DNA of 64,000 nt from Atopobium sp. (lineage in GTDB: Bacteria; Actinomycetota; Coriobacteriia; Coriobacteriales; Atopobiaceae). The position numbers and the translations under genes are program-made. The stretch covers positions 20,670 to 84,669 of the forward strand of contig JABZGZ010000001.1 of NCBI GenBank assembly GCA_015259105.1. The letters run 5' to 3'. The notes below the pieces were generated by a model. The model saw nothing but the letters and a program-made list of their open reading frames with translations, made no database searches and was not told the origin of the DNA. This document shows positions 28,136-37,232 of the stretch, piece after piece; within the stretch, counting starts at the first letter, position 1, and the number at the start of each line of letters is the position of its first letter.

Positions 28136-30358
28136 ATGAAGATTATCAAGCGCAATGGCTCAGAGGTCACCTTCGAGGTAGAGAAGATTGTTAACGCAAT
28201 CGCTAAGGCTAACGCAGAGGTCCCTGAGGATCAGCGCCTGACTGAGCGTGAGATTCAGTTTGCTTCCCTCAACGTCACCGATGAGTGTGAGAAGGCTGGA
28301 CACACCGTCACCGTCGAGGAGGTCCAGGACCTTGTCGAGGATCAGCTCATGGCTCTTGACCGCTTTGAGGTTGCTCGTAAGTACATCATTTACCGCTACA
28401 TCCAGAACCAGAAGCGTCACAAGAACACCACCGATGACAAGATTCTGTCTCTGATTGAGTGCAACAACGAGGAAGTCAAGCAGGAGAACTCCAACAAGAA
28501 CCCTACCGTTGTTTCCGTTCAGCGTGACTACATGGCTGGTGAGGTTTCTAAGGACCTCGTTCAGCGTGAGCTCCTTCCAGAGGATATTGTTGCTGCTCAC
28601 AACGAGGGTCTCATCCACTTCCACGATTCCGATTACTTTGCACAGCACATGCACAACTGCGACCTCATCAACCTTGATGACATGCTGCAGAACGGCACTG
28701 TTATCTCCGGTACTCTGATTGAGCGTCCACACAGCTTCTCTACGGCATGCAACATTGCAACTCAGATTATTGCTCAGGTAGCATCCTGCCAGTACGGCGG
28801 TCAGTCCATCTCCCTGGCTCACCTTGCTCCTTTTGTTGATGTTTCTCGTAAGAAGATCCGCAAGACCGTTATGGAGGAGATGAACTCCGTCGGTGTTGAG
28901 CTCTCTGCTGAGCAGCTCAACGAGATGGTTGAGAAGCGCCTTCGTGATGAGGTTTCTCGTGGCGTTCAGACCATTCAGTACCAGGTTGTCACCCTCATGA
29001 CCACCAACGGCCAGGCTCCTTTTATTACCGTCTTCATGTACCTCAACGAGGCAAAGAATGAGCAGGAGAAGCAGGATCTTGCACTCATCATTGAGGAAAT
29101 GCTCCGTCAGCGTTACCAGGGCGTAAAGAACGAGGAGGGTGTCTGGATTACTCCTGCATTCCCTAAGCTCATCTACGTTCTTGAAGAGGACAACGTTTAC
29201 GAGGATTCCAAGTACTACTACCTCACTCAGATGGCTGCAAAGTGCACCGCTCGCCGTCTTGTTCCTGACTACATCTCTGAGAAGAAGATGAAGGAGTACA
29301 AGCTTTCTAAGGGCGAGAAGGAAGGCGAGGGCGATACCTTCACCTGCATGGGTTGCCGTTCCTTCCTGACTCCAGACCGTTCTGGTAATGGCTTCAACAA
29401 CGTTGCTCGCGCTAAGAACTATGAGCCAAACAAGCCTAAGTACTATGGCCGCTTCAACCAGGGTGTTGTAACTATCAACCTTCCTGACGTTGCTCTTTCT
29501 GCTGGTCGCGATATGGACAAGTTCTGGAAGATCTTTGATGAGCGTCTTGAGCTTTGCCACCGCGCACTTCGCGCTCGTCACGATCGCCTGAAGGGCACCC
29601 TGTCTGATGCTGCTCCTATTCTTTGGCAGTACGGCGCACTTGCTCGTCTGGACAAGGGTGAGGTCATCGATCCACTGCTCTACGGCGGATACTCCACCAT
29701 TTCCCTTGGTTATGCAGGTCTGTATGAGTGCGTTAAGGCTATGACTGGTCACAGCCACACCGATAAAGAGGCAACTCCATTTGCTCTCCAGGTTATGCAG
29801 CACATGAACGATAAGTGCACCGAGTGGAAGGAAGCAGAGGATATCGATTACTCCCTCTACGGAACTCCTCTCGAGTCCACCACCTACAAGTTTGCTAAGG
29901 CACTTCAGCGTCGCTTTGGTGTTATCCCTGGCATCACTGATAAGGGTTACATCACCAACAGCTACCACGTCCACGTTGCAGAAGAGATTGACGCATTCCA
30001 GAAGCTTCAGTTTGAGTCTGAGTTCCAGCGTCTTTCCCCAGGTGGAGCAATCTCTTACGTTGAGGTTCCTAACATGCAGGACAACATCGAGGCTGTCCTC
30101 AGCGTCATGCAGTTCATCTACGACCACATCATGTATGCAGAGCTCAACACCAAGTCTGACTTCTGCCAGGAGTGCGGTTATGACGGTGAGATTCAGATTG
30201 TTGAGGAGGACGGCAAGCTGGTTTGGGAGTGCCCACACTGCGGCAACCGTGACCAGACCAAGATGAACGTTGCTCGTCGTACCTGCGGCTACATTGGTAC
30301 CCAGTTCTGGAACCAGGGTCGTACCCAGGAGATTAAGGACCGCGTCCTTCACCTCTAA
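28136..30358 (+). CDS. nrdD: Anaerobic ribonucleoside-triphosphate reductase
   Basis: N-terminal ATP cone (KIIKRNGSEVTFEVEKI). C-terminal zinc ribbon CQECG...CPHCG and glycyl-radical motif RTCGYIG. Start at the ATG after AAGGAG. Confidence 0.95.
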   Translation: MKIIKRNGSEVTFEVEKIVNAIAKANAEVPEDQRLTEREIQFASLNVTDECEKAGHTVTVEEVQDLVEDQLMALDRFEVARKYIIYRYIQNQKRHKNTTDDKILSLIECNNEEVKQENSNKNPTVVSVQRDYMAGEVSKDLVQRELLPEDIVAAHNEGLIHFHDSDYFAQHMHNCDLINLDDMLQNGTVISGTLIERPHSFSTACNIATQIIAQVASCQYGGQSISLAHLAPFVDVSRKKIRKTVMEEMNSVGVELSAEQLNEMVEKRLRDEVSRGVQTIQYQVVTLMTTNGQAPFITVFMYLNEAKNEQEKQDLALIIEEMLRQRYQGVKNEEGVWITPAFPKLIYVLEEDNVYEDSKYYYLTQMAAKCTARRLVPDYISEKKMKEYKLSKGEKEGEGDTFTCMGCRSFLTPDRSGNGFNNVARAKNYEPNKPKYYGRFNQGVVTINLPDVALSAGRDMDKFWKIFDERLELCHRALRARHDRLKGTLSDAAPILWQYGALARLDKGEVIDPLLYGGYSTISLGYAGLYECVKAMTGHSHTDKEATPFALQVMQHMNDKCTEWKEAEDIDYSLYGTPLESTTYKFAKALQRRFGVIPGITDKGYITNSYHVHVAEEIDAFQKLQFESEFQRLSPGGAISYVEVPNMQDNIEAVLSVMQFIYDHIMYAELNTKSDFCQECGYDGEIQIVEEDGKLVWECPHCGNRDQTKMNVARRTCGYIGTQFWNQGRTQEIKDRVLHL

Positions 30359-30376
30359 GTTTTAAGTACCAGACAA

Positions 30377-30416
30377 ACGAGCAGAAGAGCGCTTTGGCCC
30401 TTCTGCTCGTTTTTAT
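30377..30416 (+). terminator. Strong hairpin plus T-run between nrdD and nrdG (terminator or attenuator)
   Basis: 12-bp stem AACGAGCAGAAG / CTTCTGCTCGTT followed by TTTATT. Confidence 0.5.
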
Positions 30417-30471
30417 TATCTCTATCAGGTAACATCCAAAATATGTGGAAGTTACCCATCAAAGGTTATGT

Positions 30472-31014
30472 ATGAACTATTCAAATATTAAGTTTTCAGA
30501 TATTGCAAATGGTGTTGGCGTAAGAACAACTCTGTTTGTTTCAGGCTGCCGTCTGCACTGTGAAGGCTGCTTTAATTATGAGGCGTGGGACTTCAAGAGC
30601 GGCGGAGAGTTTACTCCAGAAGTTGAGCAAGAGATCATTGACTCCCTTGCACCTGTCTATATCAACGGTCTTTCCATCCTTGGTGGAGAGCCTTTTGAGC
30701 CAGAAAACCAAGAAGGCCTTGTTGAGTTTGTCGAGAAGGTCAGAGCTACCTACCCGCAAAAGAGCATTTGGATGTATTCAGGACACACCTGGGATCAGCT
30801 GACCGAGGGAAAGTGGCACACAGAGTACACTGATCGCATTCTGTCTTGTATAGATGTTCTGGTAGATGGCCCATGGGTTCAGAGTCTCCACGATATTACC
30901 TTGCGTTTTAGAGGCTCTTCCAACCAGCGTCTTATTGATGTCCCTAAAACACTGGCTTCAGGAGAGATTACCCTTTGGTCCGATGGACCAATGTTGAGCT
31001 CTCGTGAGATGTAA
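30472..31014 (+). CDS. nrdG: Anaerobic ribonucleotide reductase activating protein (radical SAM)
   Basis: MNYSNIKFSDIANGVGVRTTLFVSGCRLHCEGCFN matches the NrdG N-terminus with its CX3CX2C cluster. Confidence 0.9.
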   Translation: MNYSNIKFSDIANGVGVRTTLFVSGCRLHCEGCFNYEAWDFKSGGEFTPEVEQEIIDSLAPVYINGLSILGGEPFEPENQEGLVEFVEKVRATYPQKSIWMYSGHTWDQLTEGKWHTEYTDRILSCIDVLVDGPWVQSLHDITLRFRGSSNQRLIDVPKTLASGEITLWSDGPMLSSREM

Positions 31015-31032
31015 AAGCTGCTTATCGCATTC

Positions 31033-31060
31033 AAAAAAGCCCGCGTCTGCGGGCTTTTTT
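31033..31060. terminator. Bidirectional rho-independent terminator
   Basis: AAAAAAGCCCGC-GTCT-GCGGGCTTTTTT. It serves nrdG on the + strand and the DMT gene on the - strand. Confidence 0.7.
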
Positions 31061-31086
31061 CTTAGGTACGTTTTATGGAGAGAGCC

Positions 31087-32034
31087 TTAGTGCTCTGAAG
31101 GGGTTTGGGGCTCTGCGGGTTTCTCGCCAAGCTCGCTGATAAAGATTGCAACAAAGATAACAATAAAGCCGAGGAAGATTGTGGGGGTAATAACCTCAGC
31201 AAGGAAGATGACGCCAAAAACTGCTGCAAAAATACTGTCCAGAGAAATTATTAGTGAGGCCTGAACAGGAGTAACTGACTTCTGTGCGCGGTTCTGCAAA
31301 ACACCAGTCAGTGCGGTTGCAATAAGAGTGATGTAGGCGAGGGCAACCCAGGCATTTATGGGCAGTGCTGCAAAATTGGGAACCGTTTCAAAGCAAAGCG
31401 CGTAGGCAAGGCAGGGAAGGGCGCTCACGCCAAGCTGCACCACCGTAAGTGTGATGATGTCGTATTTGTGAGCAAGCTCGGCAGTAAGCACAAAAACGAA
31501 GGCAAAAATAATGGCTGAGAGCAATGTCATCTGCTCGCCCAAGCCAAACGAGAACGAAAAATCAGTGCCCAGTGAGATAAGACCAATGCCAGCTACGCAT
31601 AAAAAGGCTGCAAAGATACTGGTTCCATGAGGTTTTTTCTTTGCAATGAGCCAGTTTACAAACGGAATCATCGCGCAATAAATTGATGCAATAAAAGCAG
31701 CTTTACCTGCAGTGGTATAAGCAAGAGCTCCATTTTGGAACAGAAATCCTAGACCGTTAAGAACGCCTAAGAGCACGCCGTATTTGATATGTGTGACATT
31801 CAAGTGTTCTTTAAGTTTTTTTCTAAAGATGATGGCAACAATACCTACGGCAAAGACAAAACGTAAGGTCATAAGCCAAGCTGCCGAGATGTAACTAATT
31901 GCATCTTTGATAACGACAAAAGATCCGCCCCAGATAAGTGCGCAGACAAGAAGAGCAAACTTCCATACAAGCGTAGAAGAAGTATCTAGTGTGAGTCTGG
32001 AAGAGTTTCTAGTAGAAAGATCTGATAATGCCAC
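31087..32034 (-). CDS. DMT-superfamily (EamA-like) transporter
   Basis: 315-aa ORF with ~10 transmembrane helices arranged as two EamA-like halves. Confidence 0.8.
   Translation of the reverse strand: MALSDLSTRNSSRLTLDTSSTLVWKFALLVCALIWGGSFVVIKDAISYISAAWLMTLRFVFAVGIVAIIFRKKLKEHLNVTHIKYGVLLGVLNGLGFLFQNGALAYTTAGKAAFIASIYCAMIPFVNWLIAKKKPHGTSIFAAFLCVAGIGLISLGTDFSFSFGLGEQMTLLSAIIFAFVFVLTAELAHKYDIITLTVVQLGVSALPCLAYALCFETVPNFAALPINAWVALAYITLIATALTGVLQNRAQKSVTPVQASLIISLDSIFAAVFGVIFLAEVITPTIFLGFIVIFVAIFISELGEKPAEPQTPSEH
31117..31129 (+). repeat. Dispersed motif GGGTTTCTCGCCA, copy 2
   Basis: Exact 13-mer with extended match gcgggtttctcgccaag. Lies inside the last 15 codons of the - strand DMT gene. 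Confidence 0.7.
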
Positions 32035-32236
32035 GCGCTATCCATTCCCGTCGAAGATAAAAGTTAAGGTATAGGTAGTGTTCTGAGAAAATCAAACGCG
32101 TGCAAGTATACGTGATTTTGCACTTGAAGGACCCCACAAGCAGCATAAAAATGAGATTAGAAGTATACTCACATCTGCAAGAAAAATAAGTGTGTGCGAT
32201 TGTTTTTATGCAAGAAGATATTTCAAGGAGACTTGT

Positions 32237-33121
32237 ATGTCCAACTACGTTCTGACCTGTTGCTCTACGGCCGATGTAAGCGAGAAGTACCTTCAGTCAC
32301 GAGATGTGAAATACGTATATTTCAACTACGAACTTGATGGTGTTCAGTGCAAGGATGACTTTGGTCGCACTAATACACCAGCTGATCTCTATAAAAAGAT
32401 GCTTGCAGGTGCTGAGTGCCGCACTTCACAGGTATCAATTGGTGAATATATGGCCTTCTGGCGTCCTTTCCTGGAGGAGGGCAAAGACGTTCTTCATGTT
32501 TCGTTGAGTTCGGGCGTTTCTGGAACGTATGAGTCTGCTTGCCAGGCAAAGGCAGAAATTGAGCAGGAGTTCCCAGACAGAAAGATTGAAGTTGTTGACT
32601 CTCTGCAGGCATCTTCTGGCTATGGTCTGCTGGTAGACGGTATTGCCGATAAGCGCGATGAGGGTCTGTCTTTTGACGAGGCAGTTGCATGGGCTAAAGA
32701 GGCTCGTCATCGCGTGTATGGATGGTTCTTCTCAACAGATTTGACCTTCTTTGTTCGCGGTGGTCGCATTTCTAAGACAGCTGGCCTGCTTGGCGGCATG
32801 CTTAACATTTGCCCTGTTATGGATATTGAGGCCGACGGGTCTTTGGCTGTTAAAGAGAAGGCGCGTGGCAAAAAGAAGGCAATTGCTCGCGTAGTCGAGA
32901 TTATGACTCAAACTGCAGAGCAGGGCAGTGCCTACGCACGTAAAGTGTTTATCTCTAACTCTGAGTGTGCTTCTGATGCCCAGGCTGTCAAAGAGCTTAT
33001 TCAAGAAAAGCTTCCACAGACCGGTGATATCAACATCTTTACCATTGGCGCAACTATTGGTGTTCATACTGGTCCTGGAACTGTTGCAACATTCTGGTGG
33101 GGAGAAGAACCTCGCGCTTAA
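32237..33121 (+). CDS. DegV-family fatty-acid-binding protein
   Basis: MSNYVLTCCSTADV...HVSLSSGVSGTYESA is a DegV/EDD fold. Confidence 0.85.
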   Translation: MSNYVLTCCSTADVSEKYLQSRDVKYVYFNYELDGVQCKDDFGRTNTPADLYKKMLAGAECRTSQVSIGEYMAFWRPFLEEGKDVLHVSLSSGVSGTYESACQAKAEIEQEFPDRKIEVVDSLQASSGYGLLVDGIADKRDEGLSFDEAVAWAKEARHRVYGWFFSTDLTFFVRGGRISKTAGLLGGMLNICPVMDIEADGSLAVKEKARGKKKAIARVVEIMTQTAEQGSAYARKVFISNSECASDAQAVKELIQEKLPQTGDINIFTIGATIGVHTGPGTVATFWWGEEPRA

Positions 33122-33156
33122 GATGTTGTTCGAGTAGGTAAGAAAGGTCTTGAGTC

Positions 33157-34350
33157 ATGGTTAATTTTGAGTACGTTGTACCTACTCAGGTGGTTTTTGG
33201 AAAAGATACTCAGCTTCGTGTGGCAGAGCTTGTCTCTGCTCACGGAGGTACCAAGGTGCTGGTGCATTTTGGTGGCAGTCACGTGGTAAAGAGCGGCTTG
33301 CTTAACCAGATCCACCAGCTTCTAAGCAATGCGGGAATTGCTTTTGTTGACTGTGGTGGAGTTGTCCCTAACCCTCGATTAGAGCTTGCAGAAGAAGCTG
33401 TAGAGCTGGGCAAACGCAAGGGTGTTGACTTTATTTTGGCCATCGGTGGCGGATCTGTCATGGACTCTGCTAAGGCGATTGCATACGGCCTGGCCAATGA
33501 CATTTCTCTTGAAGACCTCTATTTGCATAAGGTCAGTGTTTCAAAGGCAACTCCTCTTGGTGTCATTTCTACTATCGCAGGAACTGGCTCTGAAACCTCG
33601 GATTCTTCCGTCATGAACATTACGCTGGCTGATGGTCGCGTACTTAAGCGTTCTTATCACCATCAGAGCGGACGCCCTTGTTTTGCCATCATGAATCCAG
33701 AGCTCACCTACTCTGTGAGCGCTTATCAGACGGCATCAACAGGTGCAGATATCATGATGCACACCATGGAGCGCTACTTTACGCTTGAGAAGGACGTAGC
33801 GCTCACTGACGAGCTGGCCGAGGGACTCTTACGTACCGTAAAAGAAGCTGTTCTGGTTGCCGTTAAAGAGCCAGAGAACTACGCTGCGCGTGCAGATTTG
33901 CTCTGGGCCTCGTCGCTTTCTCACTGCGGACTTACCGGAACTGGTCGCGTAAGCGATTTTGCTTCTCATGCAATTGAGCATGAGCTGAGCGCAAAGTATG
34001 ACGTGGCGCACGGCGCTGGTCTCACGGCTATTTGGGCAAGTTGGGCTCGCTACGTTATGAGTCAAGATCCAGAGCGCTTTGCGCAGTTTGCGGTCAATGT
34101 GTTTGGAGTTCAGAACAACTTCCATAATCCAACCGCTACAGGCCTTGCAGGAATTGAAGCTTGGAATCAGTGGTGTCATGCAATCGGCATGCCAACCTCC
34201 CTTGCAGAGCTCGGAGTAGACCCTTCGGAAGAGGATATTCTACAGATGGCTAAGGGCACTATTGATGCTCGCGGTGGAGATCATGCGGGCAACTTTATGC
34301 AGCTTAAAACAGCAGATGTTCAACAGATTTTAAGGATGGCCTTAAAGTAA
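33157..34350 (+). CDS. Iron-containing (group III) alcohol dehydrogenase
   Basis: 397-aa ORF with GGGSVMDSAKAIA and metal-binding histidines. Confidence 0.85.
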   Translation: MVNFEYVVPTQVVFGKDTQLRVAELVSAHGGTKVLVHFGGSHVVKSGLLNQIHQLLSNAGIAFVDCGGVVPNPRLELAEEAVELGKRKGVDFILAIGGGSVMDSAKAIAYGLANDISLEDLYLHKVSVSKATPLGVISTIAGTGSETSDSSVMNITLADGRVLKRSYHHQSGRPCFAIMNPELTYSVSAYQTASTGADIMMHTMERYFTLEKDVALTDELAEGLLRTVKEAVLVAVKEPENYAARADLLWASSLSHCGLTGTGRVSDFASHAIEHELSAKYDVAHGAGLTAIWASWARYVMSQDPERFAQFAVNVFGVQNNFHNPTATGLAGIEAWNQWCHAIGMPTSLAELGVDPSEEDILQMAKGTIDARGGDHAGNFMQLKTADVQQILRMALK

Positions 34351-34443
34351 AGTTTCTCAAGGTAAATTTTGTTTCATTGCGGGTATTATTACTACATACG
34401 AAGTTACTGAGCCACCAAGCTCAAACATACGGAAGGAAGATTC

Positions 34444-34902
34444 ATGAGCGGTTTTGTTAAGGCAGACAATGTTTTTGTAAACCAGAACGCAGCGAGCCGT
34501 AATGATGTCCTGCGTTTTATTGCCGATAAAGCACTGGAAGCTGGCGTAACTGACGATGCAGACGCTGTCTACAACGCTTTTTTGGCTCGCGAGGAAATGG
34601 GCGAGACCGGCATGACTGATGGTTTTGCAGTTCCTCATGCAAAGGATGCTGCTATTAAGGATGCGGCTGTCTTTGTCTTCAAGAACAGCACCCCTCTTGA
34701 GTGGCCTTCTTTTGACGAGAAGCCCGTTGATGTTGCTATTGCACTGCTTGTTCCAGATGGAGAGGCTGGCACTACTCACATCAAGCTTCTTTCTAAGACC
34801 GCTGTTCTTCTGATGAGAGATGAGTTTAAGTCTCTACTTCGTAGCTCTAACGATCAGGAAGTTATTGCTCAGGCCATTAACGAGGGCATTAGCGAGGAGT
34901 AG
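34444..34902 (+). CDS. PTS EIIA component, fructose/mannitol/Ntr type (EIIA-2)
   Basis: 152-aa ORF. GFAVPHAKD carries the phosphorylatable histidine of the EIIA-2 fold. No EIIB or EIIC gene is adjacent. Confidence 0.78.
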   Translation: MSGFVKADNVFVNQNAASRNDVLRFIADKALEAGVTDDADAVYNAFLAREEMGETGMTDGFAVPHAKDAAIKDAAVFVFKNSTPLEWPSFDEKPVDVAIALLVPDGEAGTTHIKLLSKTAVLLMRDEFKSLLRSSNDQEVIAQAINEGISEE

Positions 34903-34914
34903 GGTTTCTCGCCA
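34902..34914 (+). repeat. Dispersed motif GGGTTTCTCGCCA, copy 3
   Basis: Exact 13-mer. It overlaps the last base of the EIIA TAG stop codon. Confidence 0.7.
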
Positions 34915-34969
34915 GATTATAGAGGGCTTGGCAGGTACTTTCTGCAACAGTCTAACTGGGTAAAATTTT

Positions 34970-35003
34970 GGACACTCAAGCACAAACTTGAGTGTCCTTT
35001 TTT
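34970..35003 (+). terminator. Rho-independent terminator
   Basis: GGACACTCAAG-CACAAA-CTTGAGTGTCC followed by TTTTTT. Confidence 0.7.
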
Positions 35004-35052
35004 GTGTAAAAAGGCGTACACTTGTACTAGTTTTAGTCGAGAAGGGAGTCAG

Positions 35053-35625
35053 ATGTTTACACCATGTACTGACAAGCGCGTTGCTGTCTTTTTTGCCGAT
35101 GGTTGTGAAGAGATTGAGGGACTGAGCGTTGTTGATGTCCTGTATCGTGCAGGTATTCCCTGTGACAAAGTGTCTATCTCTGATTCCTTGAGCGTGACTT
35201 CATCTCACCAGGTTACCTTTCTAACAGACAAGCTACTTAGTCAGGTCTCGTTTGATGATTACAGCATGTTGGTGCTTCCTGGAGGTCTTCCTGGAACTAC
35301 TAATCTTGAGGCTTGTGAGCCACTTATGCAGGCAGTTGATGCGTTTGCGGAAGATGGCCGTGCGCTTGCTGCAATCTGTGCTGCTCCTTCAATTTACGCT
35401 AAGCGTGGATTGCTTGCGGGTAAGAAGGCTACGTCTAATCCAGGCTTCCAGCATTTTCTTTCAGAGAATGGCGCCAATCTTTCGCAAGATGCGGTTTGTG
35501 TTGATGGTTCTTTTATTACCAGTCAGGGTGCGGGAACAGCTCTTAAGTTTGGTCTTGAGATTGTTCGTTATCTTGTAGGTAATGACGTGGCAGAAAAAGT
35601 TTCAAAAGGTATTGTGCTTATCTAA
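35053..35625 (+). CDS. DJ-1/PfpI-family protein
   Basis: RVAVFFADGCEEIEG...AICAAP shows a class I glutamine-amidotransferase-like fold with the nucleophile cysteine. ATG after GAAGGGAG. Confidence 0.8.
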   Translation: MFTPCTDKRVAVFFADGCEEIEGLSVVDVLYRAGIPCDKVSISDSLSVTSSHQVTFLTDKLLSQVSFDDYSMLVLPGGLPGTTNLEACEPLMQAVDAFAEDGRALAAICAAPSIYAKRGLLAGKKATSNPGFQHFLSENGANLSQDAVCVDGSFITSQGAGTALKFGLEIVRYLVGNDVAEKVSKGIVLI

Positions 35626-35628
35626 GCC

Positions 35629-36972
35629 ATGGCACCTTCTCAAAAACAGTACCTGGTTATTGATCTAAAGAGTTTTTACGCATCAGTTGAGTGCGTTGAG
35701 CGAGGCCTTGATCCCATGAAGGCCAAGCTTGTTGTGGCTGATCTTACCAGGACAGAAAAGACAATCTGTTTGGCTGTTTCACCGGCGCTTCGTGCGCTGG
35801 GTGTTCCTGGACGTTGCCGCGTTTTTGAGATTCCCAAAAACCTTACTTACGAGGTAGCACCTCCTCGCATGGCTCTATATGTGGAGCGCTCTGCAGACGT
35901 TTATTCGGTGTATCTCAAATACATTGCTCCAGAAGACATCCACGTTTACTCCATTGACGAGGCATTTATCGATGTAACACCGTACTTATCGCTTTACGGA
36001 TGCACAGCAAGAGAGCTAGGCGAGAAGATCCGTGCAGACGTAGCAAAAACTACTGGTATCCCTGCTACTTGTGGTTTGGGCCCAAATTTGTATCTGGCAA
36101 AAATTGCGCTTGATATTACGGCAAAGCACAGCCCAAATTTCTTTGGTGAGCTTGATGAAGAGTCGTACAAACTTAAACTTTGGAACCATAAACCTTTGAC
36201 TGATTTTTGGCATATTGGTGCAGGTATTCAAAAGCGTCTTGCGGCAATGAATATTCACACCATGGGGCAGCTTGCCATGGCTCCTACAGAACCTCTATAT
36301 AAAGAATTTGGCGTTGATGCAGAAATTCTTATTGATCATGCATGGGGTATTGAGCCAACTACCATTGCAGATATTAAGGCCTACAAGTCTCAAAGTCATT
36401 CTGTCTCAACGGCGCAGGTCTTTGATCACAACAGAGACACAGAAGGTGCGCGTCTTATCTTTAAAGAGATGGTTGAAGCGTTGACGCTTGAGCTTGTAAC
36501 GCAAAAGCTCGTTTGCTCTTCTATTGGCATCTATATTGGTTACTCGGCAACAGAGAGCCAGATGGAAGAGCTGAGGCAAACAGGAGATTATAGAAGCTGG
36601 AGAAGACATATTCCCTCCAGTAGCAGTACTAGGAAACTCTCTTACCCCACTAACTCTAGAGATGAGCTTATGGCAGAGGTTTTGTCTTTCTTTGACGAGC
36701 GAGTAATACCTTCAGAAAGCGTGCATCGCGTTGGCCTTACCTTTGGAAACACTCAAGAAGAAACGGGATCGGGTATTCAGACGTCGCTTTTCCAGGACAC
36801 TACCGTTTTAGAGAAAGAGCGCCAGCGCCAAGATACTATCAACGCCATAAAGAAGAAGTTTGGAAAGAACTCCTTGCTCAAAGTTATGGACCTACTTCCC
36901 GAAGCAACTGCTCGACAGAGAAATGCTCAGATTGGAGGACACCGTAGTGGAGAAGAAACCAATGAAGCCTAG
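35629..36972 (+). CDS. Y-family DNA polymerase (UmuC/DinB-like)
   Basis: YLVIDLKSFYASVECVERGLDP is the Y-family palm start. 447 aa. Confidence 0.85.
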   Translation: MAPSQKQYLVIDLKSFYASVECVERGLDPMKAKLVVADLTRTEKTICLAVSPALRALGVPGRCRVFEIPKNLTYEVAPPRMALYVERSADVYSVYLKYIAPEDIHVYSIDEAFIDVTPYLSLYGCTARELGEKIRADVAKTTGIPATCGLGPNLYLAKIALDITAKHSPNFFGELDEESYKLKLWNHKPLTDFWHIGAGIQKRLAAMNIHTMGQLAMAPTEPLYKEFGVDAEILIDHAWGIEPTTIADIKAYKSQSHSVSTAQVFDHNRDTEGARLIFKEMVEALTLELVTQKLVCSSIGIYIGYSATESQMEELRQTGDYRSWRRHIPSSSSTRKLSYPTNSRDELMAEVLSFFDERVIPSESVHRVGLTFGNTQEETGSGIQTSLFQDTTVLEKERQRQDTINAIKKKFGKNSLLKVMDLLPEATARQRNAQIGGHRSGEETNEA

Positions 36973-37183
36973 ACAGGGTTTCTCGCCAGCGGAAGATAGT
37001 GCAAAAGAGGACGTGTTTGCAGCACAGATGCACTACGGACACCCCCGCATGTCACGAGCAAACAGGGCAAAAATATTCATGCCTTTTGATGCTCTGAAAG
37101 GTTTACGAGAAGCCTTGGCAGAAAGAGAACAAGAAGCTCAAGACCATATAAAAGACTTTCATGACTTACCGCACTGGTCATAG
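36962..37183 (+). CDS. Small protein translationally coupled to the Y-family polymerase (positionally YolD-like)
   Basis: ATG overlaps the polymerase stop by 11 nt. 73-aa product, MKPRQGFSPAED...HWS. No family could be recognised from sequence. Confidence 0.35.
   Translation: MKPRQGFSPAEDSAKEDVFAAQMHYGHPRMSRANRAKIFMPFDALKGLREALAEREQEAQDHIKDFHDLPHWS
36976..36988 (+). repeat. Dispersed motif GGGTTTCTCGCCA, copy 4
   Basis: Exact 13-mer starting 3 nt after the polymerase TAG stop. It also encodes GFSP of the small ORF. Confidence 0.7.
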
Positions 37184-37232
37184 GTTTATACGATAAAATA
37201 GACAGGTCGTATAAAGAAATCGAGGAGGTTTC

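Noticed and set aside
28160-30352. 730-aa minus-strand ORF exactly mirroring nrdD
   Set aside because: It is an antisense artefact. The + strand product has an ATP cone, a zinc ribbon and a glycyl-radical motif.
30445-30471. GTG start for nrdG giving MEVTHQRLC before MNY
   Set aside because: The NrdG family begins MNY... and the ATG at 30472 reproduces that N-terminus exactly.
36860-36961. Upstream extension of the small ORF giving a 107-aa product (MERTPCSKLWTY...)
   Set aside because: The extension lies entirely inside the polymerase gene in another frame. The start was set at the ATG at 36962, which overlaps the polymerase stop.
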